Assembly (NCBI GenBank): GCA_031416075.1
Contig: JANOSY010000091.1
Location: forward strand, 32,001-96,000
Reading direction: 5' to 3'
Source: Candidatus Tenderia sp.
GTDB taxonomy: Bacteria > Pseudomonadota > Gammaproteobacteria > Tenderiales > Tenderiaceae
DNA length: 64,000 nucleotides
A program made the position numbers and the translations under genes. This document shows positions 46,849 through 58,307 of this stretch, piece after piece. The notes beneath the pieces are model-generated. The model did not search any database and was not told the DNA's origin. It was given only the letters and a program-made list of their open reading frames with translations. Within the stretch, counting starts at the first letter, position 1. Each line of letters opens with the position of its first letter.

Positions 46849-47949
46849 CTACAGTGCTGAAGTCAGCGCCGAGAGGAAGGCTACATTTTCACTGGGCTTG
46901 CCAACCGTTACCCGCAAACAGTCCTGCAACAGTTCGTGGACGCCATTCATGTTTTTGATTAGCACCCCCTTCTTCTGCAAGGCAATATGGATACGGTCTG
47001 CCTGACCTCTGCCAACCCGGAACAGTACAAAATTGGCATCGCTGGGGAACACTTCTGTCCCCTTCAGACGGCGAATACTCTCAGCCAGCCAGGCACGATC
47101 ACGATTAATCTGCCCAATCTGCTCTTCAAACTCATCCTCAAAGCGCAGCACAAATTCCGCCGTCGCCTGGGTTAAGGTATTGATATTGTAGGGCAGACGC
47201 AACTTATCAAACTCGCACAACCAGTTGGTTGGCCCCACCAGATAGCCGAGACGCAACCCGGCCAGACCCATTTTTGACAATGTCCGCATCACCAGCAGAT
47301 TACTGAACTCACCGAGACGATTCATAAAACTGCTGCCAGAGAAGGCCGTGTACGCCTCATCCACCACCACCAGACCACGGCTGGCACGCAGGATCTGCTC
47401 GATATCCCCATCAGCAAAAAGGTTGCCCGTTGGGTTGTTTGGGCTGGCAAGGTAGATCACTGAGGGCTGGTGTTGCTCAATGGCGGCCAGCATCGCAGGC
47501 AGATCAAGGGAAAAATCAGGGTTAAGTGGCACACCAACATAAGGTAGCCCCACATAGGCGGCAATCATACGGTACATGGAGAAGGATGGCTCCGGCACCA
47601 TCACCTTGCTGTCACGCCCTCGCAAAGAGAGGTTGATGATTTGAATCAGCTCATCCGAACCGTTGCCCAGCAACAGATCCATGCCCGCTGGGATACCAAA
47701 AGTCTGGCGTAGGCGGGCCTTCAGCTCAGTCGACTCCGGATCAGGATAGCGGTTGAGCGTAACGTTTTGCATCTCCTCCAACCACTCGCCACGCAAATAT
47801 GCCGGCCAGCTGTAGGGGTTCTCCATCGCATCCAGTTTAATAAGACCACGGGAGGGCGGGACGTGATACTGCTTCAACGCCTGTACTTCAGGCCGGATCA
47901 GATGAATGATCTTCTGGTCTTTTCTATCCACTATAGATATCACTGGCAT
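46849..47949 (-). CDS. hisC: Histidinol-phosphate aminotransferase
   Basis: KLDAMENP; GNGSDELI; PNNPTG; DEAY; RTLSK.GLAGLRLG. Confidence 0.95.
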   Translation of the reverse strand: MPVISIVDRKDQKIIHLIRPEVQALKQYHVPPSRGLIKLDAMENPYSWPAYLRGEWLEEMQNVTLNRYPDPESTELKARLRQTFGIPAGMDLLLGNGSDELIQIINLSLRGRDSKVMVPEPSFSMYRMIAAYVGLPYVGVPLNPDFSLDLPAMLAAIEQHQPSVIYLASPNNPTGNLFADGDIEQILRASRGLVVVDEAYTAFSGSSFMNRLGEFSNLLVMRTLSKMGLAGLRLGYLVGPTNWLCEFDKLRLPYNINTLTQATAEFVLRFEDEFEEQIGQINRDRAWLAESIRRLKGTEVFPSDANFVLFRVGRGQADRIHIALQKKGVLIKNMNGVHELLQDCLRVTVGKPSENVAFLSALTSAL

Positions 47950-48016
47950 GGCGATTTTCCCGATTTTACAATGATTACTTAGGTAAGGCACTACACCCAT
48001 AGCATATTAGCATATG

Positions 48017-49324
48017 CTAACTTTTTATCCGGTACTCCGCCGAACGGGCATGGGCAGTCAAACCTTCACCCCGTGCCAGCACAGAGGCTGTTTTACCCAG
48101 AAAAGAGGCCCCCTCTGCCGAACACATGATCAGACTGGAGCGCTTTTGAAAGTCGTAGACACCCAGCGGCGATGAAAAGCGCGCTGTGCGCGACGTGGGC
48201 AGGACATGGTTGGGGCCAGCACAATAGTCACCCAACGCTTCAGCGGTATAACGACCCATAAAAATAGCCCCTGCATGGCGAATGCCCTCCAGTAGCTCGT
48301 CTGGATCTTCGACAGAAAGTTCCAAATGTTCCGGGGCCACGTGGTTGATCACCTTGGCGGCCTCGTCCATATCAGCCACCAAAATCATGCCGCCACGCCC
48401 ACTGAGTGAGCTACGAATAATATCAGCACGTTCCATGCCCGGCAGCAGGCGGTCAATACTGGCCTGAACCTGATCAAGGAAGGCGGCGCTGGGGGAGACC
48501 AGTATCGACTGCGCATCCTCGTCGTGTTCCGCCTGTGAGAAGAGATCCATCGCCACCCAATCCGGATTGGTCTCGCCATCACAGACCACCAGAATTTCTG
48601 AAGGTCCGGCAATCATGTCGATGCCTACCGCGCCAAACACCATACCCTTGGCGGCGGCCACGTAGATGTTCCCGGGCCCGACGATCTTGTCGACCCGTGG
48701 AACAGTCGCGGTGCCATAGGCCAACGCCGCTACCGCCTGGGCACCGCCGATGGCGAAGGCACGATCCACCCCTACCAGCGCTGCGGCAGCCAGCACCAAA
48801 TCGTTGATCTCACCATCCGGGGTGGGCACAACCATAATAATTTCTGAGACACCGGCCACTTTGGCCGGTACTGCATTCATCAATACAGACGAGGGGTATG
48901 CCGCCTTGCCTCCAGGCACGTAGAGCCCCACCCGATCCAGAGCCGTCACCTTCTGCCCCAGCATGGTGCCATCGGGTTCGGTATAGGACCAGGACTCGGC
49001 GCGTTGGTGTTCGTGATAGGCAAAGAGCCGCTGCAGCGAAAACTCCAGCGCCTTGCGCTGCTCCGCCGGAATACGGTCAAGCGCCTCTTTCATACGCGCC
49101 TGAGATATCTCCAGATCGGCCATGCTGCCAACGTCCATGCGATCAAAACGGTTGGTATATTCAACCAGCGCCTCATCACCACGATGGCGAACGTTGGCGA
49201 TGATGTCACGCACAACCGTGGCCACTCGCTCATCAGAGGCGCTATCCCACGCCAGCAGCGCATCAAGCTGGGGCCAGAAATCGTCATCCCCGGCATTTAA
49301 CCGTTTGATTGCCAGATCACTCAT
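48017..49324 (-). CDS. hisD: Histidinol dehydrogenase
   Basis: [14 protein letters not shown]; IDMIAGPSE; SQAEHD; APEHLEL. Confidence 0.97.
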   Translation of the reverse strand: MSDLAIKRLNAGDDDFWPQLDALLAWDSASDERVATVVRDIIANVRHRGDEALVEYTNRFDRMDVGSMADLEISQARMKEALDRIPAEQRKALEFSLQRLFAYHEHQRAESWSYTEPDGTMLGQKVTALDRVGLYVPGGKAAYPSSVLMNAVPAKVAGVSEIIMVVPTPDGEINDLVLAAAALVGVDRAFAIGGAQAVAALAYGTATVPRVDKIVGPGNIYVAAAKGMVFGAVGIDMIAGPSEILVVCDGETNPDWVAMDLFSQAEHDEDAQSILVSPSAAFLDQVQASIDRLLPGMERADIIRSSLSGRGGMILVADMDEAAKVINHVAPEHLELSVEDPDELLEGIRHAGAIFMGRYTAEALGDYCAGPNHVLPTSRTARFSSPLGVYDFQKRSSLIMCSAEGASFLGKTASVLARGEGLTAHARSAEYRIKS

Positions 49325-49353
49325 ATCATTACTCCGCTCACTCTACAGCCACC

Positions 49354-50001
49354 TTAACTTCGTTCTGCCACAGCCTTGGCCATGCAGTCGATCAACGGTT
49401 TTACTGCCGCATGTTTCATCTTCATAGAGGCTTTGTTCACGATCAAACGTGAACTGATATCGGCGATATGTTGCAACGGTGCCAAGCCGTTTGCACGCAG
49501 GGTATTACCCGTATCCACCAGATCAACGATCCAGTCGGACAGCCCCACCAGCGGTGCCAGCTCCATGGATCCATACAGCTTAATGATCTCCGCCTGTTTA
49601 CCTTGAGAGGCAAAATAGCGCCGCGCCGAATTGACATACTTAGTGGCAATCCGCAGCCGCGATGACTCGGTCGGCACATCCGTCACACCCGCCACCATCA
49701 GTTTACAGCAGGCAATTTTGAGGTCGAGCAGTTCATACAGACCATCGCCCTCGTACTCCATTAATACATCCTTACCGGCAATGCCAATATCAGCCGCACC
49801 ATAATCAACATAGGTGGGGACGTCAGAGGCGCGGATCAATACCAGCTTCACATCCTTGCGACTGGTATCCAGAATCAGCTTACGGCTGGTCTCCGGATCA
49901 TCAATCGGTACAATGCCAGCCTCAGCCAACAGCGGTAGTGCATCCTTAAAGATACGCCCTTTGGAAACAGCGATGGTTAAAACCTTGCTCACGTCCTTCA
50001 C
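49354..50001 (-). CDS. hisG: ATP phosphoribosyltransferase, short form
   Basis: IAVSKGRI; GKDVL.E; ATKY; GSMELAP; [10 protein letters not shown]. Confidence 0.96.
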   Translation of the reverse strand: MKDVSKVLTIAVSKGRIFKDALPLLAEAGIVPIDDPETSRKLILDTSRKDVKLVLIRASDVPTYVDYGAADIGIAGKDVLMEYEGDGLYELLDLKIACCKLMVAGVTDVPTESSRLRIATKYVNSARRYFASQGKQAEIIKLYGSMELAPLVGLSDWIVDLVDTGNTLRANGLAPLQHIADISSRLIVNKASMKMKHAAVKPLIDCMAKAVAERS

Positions 50002-50004
50002 TCC

Positions 50005-51264
<1,260 letters not shown>

Positions 51265-51334
51265 TCAATAGACCGCTTTTAGGGCGCGTGCAACGCCACT
51301 GAGAAAGAGAGAAAAAACCAAAAAAAACAGCTGC

Positions 51335-51580
51335 TTAACCGTTCTTGTTCGCCCATGACTCAGGGGTATAGGTCTTCATCGACAGGGCATGAATTGCCGA
51401 GCGCATATTATCCCCCAACGCCCCGTATACCAGACGGTGCTGCTCCAACATGCCTTTGCCAACAAAGGCCGGGGATACCACAATGGCCTCAAAATGTTGA
51501 CCATCATCGCCAAAAACCTGCGCCTGACTGCCGGGCAAACCGGTCTCAATCATCTGCTTAATCTGCTCTGCTTGCATCAT
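51335..51580 (-). CDS. BolA family protein (IbaG-like)
   Basis: HFEAIVVS..F; QHRLVY.AL; IHALSMKTYTP. Confidence 0.9.
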   Translation of the reverse strand: MMQAEQIKQMIETGLPGSQAQVFGDDGQHFEAIVVSPAFVGKGMLEQHRLVYGALGDNMRSAIHALSMKTYTPESWANKNG

Positions 51581-51742
51581 ACATAACCTGCTTGATCAAT
51601 CGTGGGGAGAGCCAACGGCTGTTCCGGAACGGCATAGGATACCGCTTATGACGGGACTTTTTAAGTCTGACGTAGAATTTAGGGGCGACCACCCCTCGCC
51701 AAGAAGACGAAGATCACTGACAAAAACACGCCCCATACGGCG

Positions 51743-52096
51743 CTATCGGGGATTCCGGAGTGATAAGACCTGCTCTGGCGAGGCGCTCTCTAACAAAGAG
51801 GGAAAAGCCAATAACTGACCCACCCCCCCTACCCTGGCCAGCCCCAACAGCTGTGCTGGCACATTATGGAAGGTGATGGACCCTTTCTGCTGCCGCGCCA
51901 ACCGCGTCCAGCCCACCAGCAGGGCAAGACCGGCGCTATCGCTACGCTCAACCCCGGCCAGATCGAGGGCCACCGCCGCACCGCCAGCACAGAGCTGTTG
52001 CCCTTGCTGATACAGCTGTGGCACGGTATCGAAGGTTAGTGCGCCAAAGAGGGCACAACCGCCATCCTCACGCCGCTCCAGCCGGGCTGCACTCAC
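51743..52096 (-). CDS. mlaB: STAS-domain protein MlaB
   Basis: LDLAGVERSDSAGLALL; context. Confidence 0.88.
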   Translation of the reverse strand: MSAARLERREDGGCALFGALTFDTVPQLYQQGQQLCAGGAAVALDLAGVERSDSAGLALLVGWTRLARQQKGSITFHNVPAQLLGLARVGGVGQLLAFPSLLESASPEQVLSLRNPR

Positions 52097-52704
52097 TTGC
52101 TGACCTGTTTGTTGCGATCAGCCAGGGTTTTAACCAGCCCGTCCAGCCCACTAACGCGAATCTCCTTAGCGAAGCTGGAGCGGTAGTTGGTTACCAGACT
52201 CACACCATCGATCACCACGTCAAAGACCTTCCACTGCTCACCTTCCTGACGCAGGCGATAATCGATAGGGATGGGAACTCCCCCTGGCTGCGCCACTTCC
52301 GAGTGAACGGTGGCCAGCTCAGGACGCGCCTCCGGACGGAACGGCTTAAAGGTAAGCTTCTGATCAGTATACTGATTTAATGAAGTAGCATAGGTACGCA
52401 CCAATAAGGTCCGGAACTCTTCTACAAAGGCCTTCTTTTGTGCCGGTGTGGCACGCTGCCAGTACTTTGCCAGCACCATCTGCGACATGTACTCAAAATC
52501 AAAATGGGGCAGCACAATCTGGTTGACCAGCTCATAGATTCGCCCCGGCTCAGCCTTAATGACCGCCGCCTCCTCCTTGAGCTTGCCAAGCATCAGTTTC
52601 GAGGTCTCTTCCACCAGCGCCTGTGGTGCCTGAGCGGCAGCCATCGCCGACCCTGCAATCAGGAGCGTTGTCCCCAGTACCATCACTGCCATCAGCCGTC
52701 TCAT
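52093..52704 (-). CDS. mlaC: Periplasmic phospholipid shuttle MlaC
   Basis: PHFDF; LLVRTY; IDYRL...WKVFDVVIDGVSLVTNYRSSF. Confidence 0.93.
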   Translation of the reverse strand: MRRLMAVMVLGTTLLIAGSAMAAAQAPQALVEETSKLMLGKLKEEAAVIKAEPGRIYELVNQIVLPHFDFEYMSQMVLAKYWQRATPAQKKAFVEEFRTLLVRTYATSLNQYTDQKLTFKPFRPEARPELATVHSEVAQPGGVPIPIDYRLRQEGEQWKVFDVVIDGVSLVTNYRSSFAKEIRVSGLDGLVKTLADRNKQVSK

Positions 52705-54047
52705 TTCCTTACTCCAATTACTGACTCAAGCTGAGCCACGTGCATATTGTACTCAAAGGTTGTCTGAATGTAGTCTGAACTGGCCACCACATAGGCTTGG
52801 AACGCCGTCATCACCTTATCAGCCTTCTCCAACCCCGCCTCAAAATCGGTATAACTGGCAATCATCCAACGCCGTGACGAACGGCTCGCCTCAGCCAGAC
52901 TCACCACCGATTCGTGGTACCCTTGAACCTGATAGTACTGCTCTGCCACCTGATAGGGGATCCCCATCCGGGCCAGCGCCGACTTTGATATCAAGGCGTT
53001 CAACTCTGCCTGAGCGGCAGCGGTTTTGCCACGCTGTACCCCCCCTTTCCAATCCCACTTCATGCCTACCACTGGTGTAATACCGGCATCATTAAAGGGA
53101 TCGCTGATGAAGGGGTTTTCAATTCGGTCACGCCCCGGCGCGTAGGAGACAATACCCACCAGACCGGTGTACAGGTTAGGGCGGTTGCCCGCCTTGTTCG
53201 CCTCCAGCAGCGAACGGCGCGCCTTTAACCCCGCCTCCAGCTGCTGCATCTCAGGTCGGTCGCTCAACGCCTGCTGCTTTAGCTCAGCCAGGGACAAGGG
53301 CGGCAGTGCCACCGGCTCCAGTCGCTGATCAACCACCTCGATCTCACCGTCCAACCCCACACCCGTGACCACCTTCAAACCATCGAGGGCAATTTTTTCC
53401 AGCGCCGCCGTCTGCGCCCGGTATTTACCCAGCAGCGCCTGGCCCGCCTGCAGGGCAAACAGGTCTGACTGTTTGGCATCACCGCCATCCTCCAGCCAGC
53501 TGCTGACCAACTCTACGGCGCTCTGGACCCGTTTATCCACATCGGTCAGCAGCAGGCGTGCATCTCGTGCGGCCAGGTAACCGTAGTAAGCCTTTTTAAC
53601 ATCCATCACGGTGGCGTCCCGCTGTAAGCGCACATCGCCACCCTTGATGTCGATATTGGCCTTAGCCGCTGCGGAGTAGTTCTCCAGCTTGCCAAAGGTG
53701 TAGAGCGGTTTGATCAACCCCATCTGCACATTAAACCAACCGGTCAAGCCATCAATATCGTAACGATCATCACGCAGATCACACTTCGTGGCGGTGCAGG
53801 TGCCTCCATCAAATATATTGCCTGATACCTGAGGGGCCAACCCGACAAAGGCATTGGCATCGACAAACCAGTCACCGTTGCCTTTGACCTCCTGCAACAG
53901 GCCACGGGCTGCCTCAACCAGATGCTCTCGCTCTTCGATACGGGGATCGGCATTCAAGGCACGTTCAATCGCCTGATCCAGCGTCAGGCTCTCTGCCAGC
54001 ACCGTCAACGGAGCCAGCAACAACAACGCCGCTAATCGTTTTTTCAC
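52701..54047 (-). CDS. TolC-family outer-membrane channel
   Basis: LTLDQAIERAL..DP; PLYTFGK; VKKAYY; L.QQAL..RPE; two helical OEP-like repeats. Confidence 0.85.
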   Translation of the reverse strand: MKKRLAALLLLAPLTVLAESLTLDQAIERALNADPRIEEREHLVEAARGLLQEVKGNGDWFVDANAFVGLAPQVSGNIFDGGTCTATKCDLRDDRYDIDGLTGWFNVQMGLIKPLYTFGKLENYSAAAKANIDIKGGDVRLQRDATVMDVKKAYYGYLAARDARLLLTDVDKRVQSAVELVSSWLEDGGDAKQSDLFALQAGQALLGKYRAQTAALEKIALDGLKVVTGVGLDGEIEVVDQRLEPVALPPLSLAELKQQALSDRPEMQQLEAGLKARRSLLEANKAGNRPNLYTGLVGIVSYAPGRDRIENPFISDPFNDAGITPVVGMKWDWKGGVQRGKTAAAQAELNALISKSALARMGIPYQVAEQYYQVQGYHESVVSLAEASRSSRRWMIASYTDFEAGLEKADKVMTAFQAYVVASSDYIQTTFEYNMHVAQLESVIGVRK

Positions 54048-54532
54048 TTCCCACCCTCTGTCTTATCACTGCCTTCTGCGGCAGTTTTAAAGAGGAACTG
54101 ACCGATCAGCTGCTCCAGCACCAGCGCCGACTGGGTCATGGTGAGATGGTCATTGGCCTTGAGATACTCGGGATCCCCGCCAGCATCCAGGGCAATATAC
54201 TGCTCACCCAACAGGCCGGAAGTGAATATGCTGGCACTGCTATCAAGCGGCAGTTTATTGTATTCATTATTGATTTTTAACATCACCACCGCTTCATAAG
54301 TAGTGCTGTCAAAACCGATCTGCTCAACACGCCCCACCCGGACCCCCGCCATGGTGACGGGGGCCTGCACCTTCAGTCCACCAATATTGTCAAACCGTGC
54401 CTCCAGCGGATAACCCGCTGCATCGGAAAAACTGCTGAGGTTACTGACCTTGATCGCCAGGATAAAGATCGCGGCCAGCCCCAGCGCCACAAAAATACCG
54501 ACGGAGATCTCTAACGTTCTGTTATGAAACAT
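54044..54532 (-). CDS. mlaD: MCE-domain protein MlaD
   Basis: FDNIGGLK..APV..AGV.VG.V; TSGLLGEQYI; TQSALVLEQLIGQFL. Confidence 0.95.
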   Translation of the reverse strand: MFHNRTLEISVGIFVALGLAAIFILAIKVSNLSSFSDAAGYPLEARFDNIGGLKVQAPVTMAGVRVGRVEQIGFDSTTYEAVVMLKINNEYNKLPLDSSASIFTSGLLGEQYIALDAGGDPEYLKANDHLTMTQSALVLEQLIGQFLFKTAAEGSDKTEGGK

Positions 54533-54582
54533 GGTTTATACCTTTCAAATTAATCCCTGCCGCCCACTGGCAACAGCCAATA

Positions 54583-55356
54583 TCAGTTAAACATCAACGC
54601 CGTCATAATCACATCCAGCCCCAGCACCACCAGCGATGTATGCACCACGGTACGGGTAGTGGCCCGGCTCACCCCTTCGGAGGTAGGTACGGCATCGTAC
54701 CCCTCATATAACGCAATCCACGACGCTGCAAAACCAAACACCACACTTTTAATCATGCCATTAAGCACGTCATCATAAAAATCTATGCGGCTCTGGATCT
54801 GTGACCAGAAGGCCCCCTCGTCCACACCCAGCAGACCCACACCGACAAAGTAACCGCCAAAAACACCCACGGCACTAAAGATCGCCGCGAGCAGTGGCAC
54901 TGAGATAAAGCCAGCCCAGAAGCGCGGTGCAATCACCCGCTGCAACGGATCAACCGCCATCATCTCCATACCTGAAAGCTGCTCGGTCGCCTTCATCAGA
55001 CCAATCTCCGCCGTCAGCGAGGTCCCGGCACGGGCGGCAAACAGGATCGCCGTCAACACCGGTCCCAGCTCCTGCACCAGCGACAGCGCCACCATCACCC
55101 CTAGTGACTCCTCCGACCCAAAGTCGACCAGCGTATTGTACCCCTGCAACCCCAGCACCATGCCGACAAACAGCCCGGCCACCGCCACAATCAGCAGCGA
55201 CAATACACCGATGCTAAAGAGCTGCTGCAACAGCAGACGAAAGCGAATAAACATGCCTGGCGACCCGGCCAGCACATAAAAAAGAAAGATATGACCACGC
55301 CCAAGGCGCTCAAAAAAGTTGAGACCAGAGCGCCCCAGCTGCTGTAACCAGTTCAT
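54583..55356 (-). CDS. mlaE: ABC permease MlaE
   Basis: ELGPVL; AEIGLMKATEQL..MEMMAVDP; GVSRATT. Confidence 0.95.
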   Translation of the reverse strand: MNWLQQLGRSGLNFFERLGRGHIFLFYVLAGSPGMFIRFRLLLQQLFSIGVLSLLIVAVAGLFVGMVLGLQGYNTLVDFGSEESLGVMVALSLVQELGPVLTAILFAARAGTSLTAEIGLMKATEQLSGMEMMAVDPLQRVIAPRFWAGFISVPLLAAIFSAVGVFGGYFVGVGLLGVDEGAFWSQIQSRIDFYDDVLNGMIKSVVFGFAASWIALYEGYDAVPTSEGVSRATTRTVVHTSLVVLGLDVIMTALMFN

Positions 55357-56177
55357 CAATGCTTCTCTCCTGAGAGCAGATCTTCGGCATAGTCGCGGGC
55401 CGGAAAGTGAAACGGCACCGGGCCGTCGGGCAGCCCCTTCATAAACTGCTGCACCCACTCTGAGCCGGAACGATCAAGCTCCTCCGGTGAGCCGTGGCCC
55501 ACCACCTTGCCGTTGGAGATGACATATATATAGTCTGCAATCGCGGCGGTCTCGGCCACATCGTGGGAGACCACAATGCTGCTCAACCCCAGCGCCTTAT
55601 TGATCTTGTGGATCAACTCCACCAAGACTCCCATGGAGATCGGGTCCTGACCGGTAAAGGGTTCGTCATACATAATCATCATCGGATCAAGGGCGATGGC
55701 CCGCGCCAGCGCCACACGCCGCGCCATGCCGCCGGAGAGCTCAGCGGGCATCAAGCCACGGGCACCACGCAGCCCCACCGCCTCCAGCTTCATCAACACC
55801 AGATCACGGATCAGCTCTTCTGGCAGCTGGGTATGTTCACGGACGGGAAAGGCGACATTGTCAAACACGTTAAGATCGGTAAGCAACGCACCGCTCTGAA
55901 ACAACATGCCCATACGCTTGCGGAGCTGAAACAGTTTGGTACGTGAGAGCTGTGCCACATTCTCGCCGTCCACCTCGATAGTACCGGCCAGGGGTCGCAG
56001 CTGGCCACCGATCAACTTCAGCAGTGTGGTTTTACCCGTACCACTCGGCCCCATGATGGCGGTCACCTGGCCACGGCGAATATCGAGATCCAGGCCGTCA
56101 AAAATCATCCGGCTGCCACGCTGAAAACTCAGACCACGGATACGTACCAGCACCTCACTCATATCAGTTCCTGACAT
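55356..56177 (-). CDS. mlaF: ABC ATPase MlaF
   Basis: GPSGTGKT; LSGGMARRVALARA; YDEPFTGQDP. Confidence 0.95.
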   Translation of the reverse strand: MSGTDMSEVLVRIRGLSFQRGSRMIFDGLDLDIRRGQVTAIMGPSGTGKTTLLKLIGGQLRPLAGTIEVDGENVAQLSRTKLFQLRKRMGMLFQSGALLTDLNVFDNVAFPVREHTQLPEELIRDLVLMKLEAVGLRGARGLMPAELSGGMARRVALARAIALDPMMIMYDEPFTGQDPISMGVLVELIHKINKALGLSSIVVSHDVAETAAIADYIYVISNGKVVGHGSPEELDRSGSEWVQQFMKGLPDGPVPFHFPARDYAEDLLSGEKH

Positions 56178-56207
56178 GTACACTCCCCACACCCATACAA
56201 ACCACCT

Positions 56208-57560
56208 TTACTCTCCCGCAACTGTCATGTTACTGATCAGGATGGAGCCGGTGTGGATATTGCCACGGCTGTCCACATCATTACCAATGGCAACGATATC
56301 CTTAAACATCTGTTTCATGTTGCCCGCCACCGTCAGTTCCTCAACCGGGTACTGAATCACCCCGTTTTCGATCCAAAACCCGGCTGCGCCACGGGAGTAG
56401 TCACCCGTGACCATATTGGCCCCCTGCCCCATCATTTCAGTCACCAGCAGACCGGTACCCATCTCACGGCAGAGCCCCTGAAGATCAGAGCCACCACTGC
56501 TGACAAACAGGTTGTGCACCCCCCCGGCATTGCCTGTGGTCTGGCGACCCAGGCGACGCGCCGAGTAGCTATCCAGCACGTAACTCTGCAGTCGGCCATC
56601 AATAATAAAGGCACGATCCTGTGTCGCCACCCCTTCACGATCAAAGGGGGCGCTGCTATTCCCACGCAGTAGCTGTGGCCGCTCATCAATCTGCATAAAG
56701 TCGGGAAAGACCTGCTCACCCAAGGCATCCAGCAGGAAGGATGAACGGCGATACTGGGCACCGCCACGAATAGCGCTCAGAAAACTGCCAATCAGACCGC
56801 TGGCAATCTCCGCCGAAAAGAGCACCGGCACATTGCAGGTTTTAACCCGCCGTGCGCCAAGACGCCTGACCGTACGCTCCGCCGCCTTACGCCCCACCGC
56901 CTCCGGCGACTCCAGCGCATCCGCATGGCGTGACGAGGTATACCAGTAGTCACGCTGCATCCCCTCATCCTGCCCTGCCAGCACCGAACAGCTCAAGCCG
57001 TGACGGGTACCGCCATAGGCCCCTACAAAACCGTGGCTATTGCCATAGACCCGGAAACTCTGGTGGCTGCTGACACTCGCCCCTTCAGAGTTGCTGATAC
57101 GTTTATCAAAGCCCCGCGCCGCCGCCTCACATACCAGCGCCAGCTCAATCGCCTGCTCCGCCGTAATATCCCAGGGGTGGGTCAGATCAAGATCAGGGAT
57201 ATCCTGCGCCATCAGCGCCGCATCGGCCAGTCCCGCATACTCATCCGCCGCGGTATAACGGGCAATGCGACAGGCGGCAGCAACGGTATCTTTGATCGCG
57301 GCATCGGCAAAATCAGAGGTGCTGGCAGAACCTTTCACCTGACCGACATAGACCGTCACCCCCAGCCCCTTATCGTGGTTATGCTCCACCGTCTCCACTT
57401 CGCCCAGCCGCGCCGTCACCGACAGCCCCGACTCAATGCTCACCGCCGCCTCCGCCGCCGAGGCCCCCTGCACACGGGCCTCGGCAAGGATATCAGCCAC
57501 CACATTTTCGAGCTGTTCACGACTATAGATAGAGTTTTTGATCACTGGCATCTGCGCCAT
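56208..57560 (-). CDS. pmbA: Metalloprotease PmbA/TldE
   Basis: MQRDYWY; FDREG; TGNAGG; TGDYSRGAAGFW. Confidence 0.95.
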   Translation of the reverse strand: MAQMPVIKNSIYSREQLENVVADILAEARVQGASAAEAAVSIESGLSVTARLGEVETVEHNHDKGLGVTVYVGQVKGSASTSDFADAAIKDTVAAACRIARYTAADEYAGLADAALMAQDIPDLDLTHPWDITAEQAIELALVCEAAARGFDKRISNSEGASVSSHQSFRVYGNSHGFVGAYGGTRHGLSCSVLAGQDEGMQRDYWYTSSRHADALESPEAVGRKAAERTVRRLGARRVKTCNVPVLFSAEIASGLIGSFLSAIRGGAQYRRSSFLLDALGEQVFPDFMQIDERPQLLRGNSSAPFDREGVATQDRAFIIDGRLQSYVLDSYSARRLGRQTTGNAGGVHNLFVSSGGSDLQGLCREMGTGLLVTEMMGQGANMVTGDYSRGAAGFWIENGVIQYPVEELTVAGNMKQMFKDIVAIGNDVDSRGNIHTGSILISNMTVAGE

Positions 57561-57625
57561 AAAGTACCGTTCCTTTATGTTTCCATAACTATATTTTTTC
57601 GCCCGCATCGGTTACCGTAGCGACC

Positions 57626-58147
57626 ATGCAAAATGACGATCAATTTGAATACGACGAACCCCAGGGCAAAAGCAAATCCCAGCTCAAACGGGAGATGACT
57701 GCCCTACAATCGCTTGGCACCCAGCTGGTCAGACTCTCCAATAAAGAGCTAAGCCATATCCCCCTGCCGGAAAAACTGGCCGAGGCGATCAAACTGGCCC
57801 GCACCATCAACAGCAACAGCGGCCTACGGCGACAGATGCAGTACATCGGCCGCCTGATGCGCGAGATCGACGCAGACCCCATTCAACAGGCCTACGACCT
57901 GCTGATCAGCGGCAAACAGGCGTCAACCCAGCAGTTCCACAACGTTGAAATCTGGCGCGACAACATCATCGCCAATGGCGAGAGCGCCATCGAAACGTTT
58001 CTCGCCGACCACCCCAACGCAGAGCGGCAACGACTACGCCAACTACTGCTCAACATCAAAAAAGAGCAGGACAAAAACCAGCCCCCCAAGTCAGCGCGGC
58101 TGCTGTACCGTTATCTGCGCGAACTGCTGGAACCCGGCGCGGAGTAA
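57626..58147 (+). CDS. yjgA: Ribosome biogenesis factor YjgA (DUF615)
   Basis: SKSQLKREM..LQ.LG; RRQMQYIGRLMR; FH..E.WRD. Confidence 0.92.
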   Translation: MQNDDQFEYDEPQGKSKSQLKREMTALQSLGTQLVRLSNKELSHIPLPEKLAEAIKLARTINSNSGLRRQMQYIGRLMREIDADPIQQAYDLLISGKQASTQQFHNVEIWRDNIIANGESAIETFLADHPNAERQRLRQLLLNIKKEQDKNQPPKSARLLYRYLRELLEPGAE

Positions 58148-58210
58148 GAGTAACACGCACACCCCCCAGACAGCATCACCAGCGGCCTACAACACCCATC
58201 TTTAACCTCA

Positions 58211-58279
58211 TCACCACTCCGCCAGCAGCCCAAAAAGCGGGGTGCCGGTAAGTGCTGTGAGCTTTTTTACGCGGATCAT
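58211..58279 (-). pseudogene. Truncated remnant of a second ankyrin lipoprotein gene
   Basis: MIRVKKLTALTGTPLFGLLAEW* vs MPPFKRLLTLTSTLLFGLLAACG; 31/36 nt identity between 58219-58254 and 59033-59068. Confidence 0.6.
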
Positions 58280-58307
58280 CGCGGCGGCTGGCCCGGCAGG
58301 CGACTCA

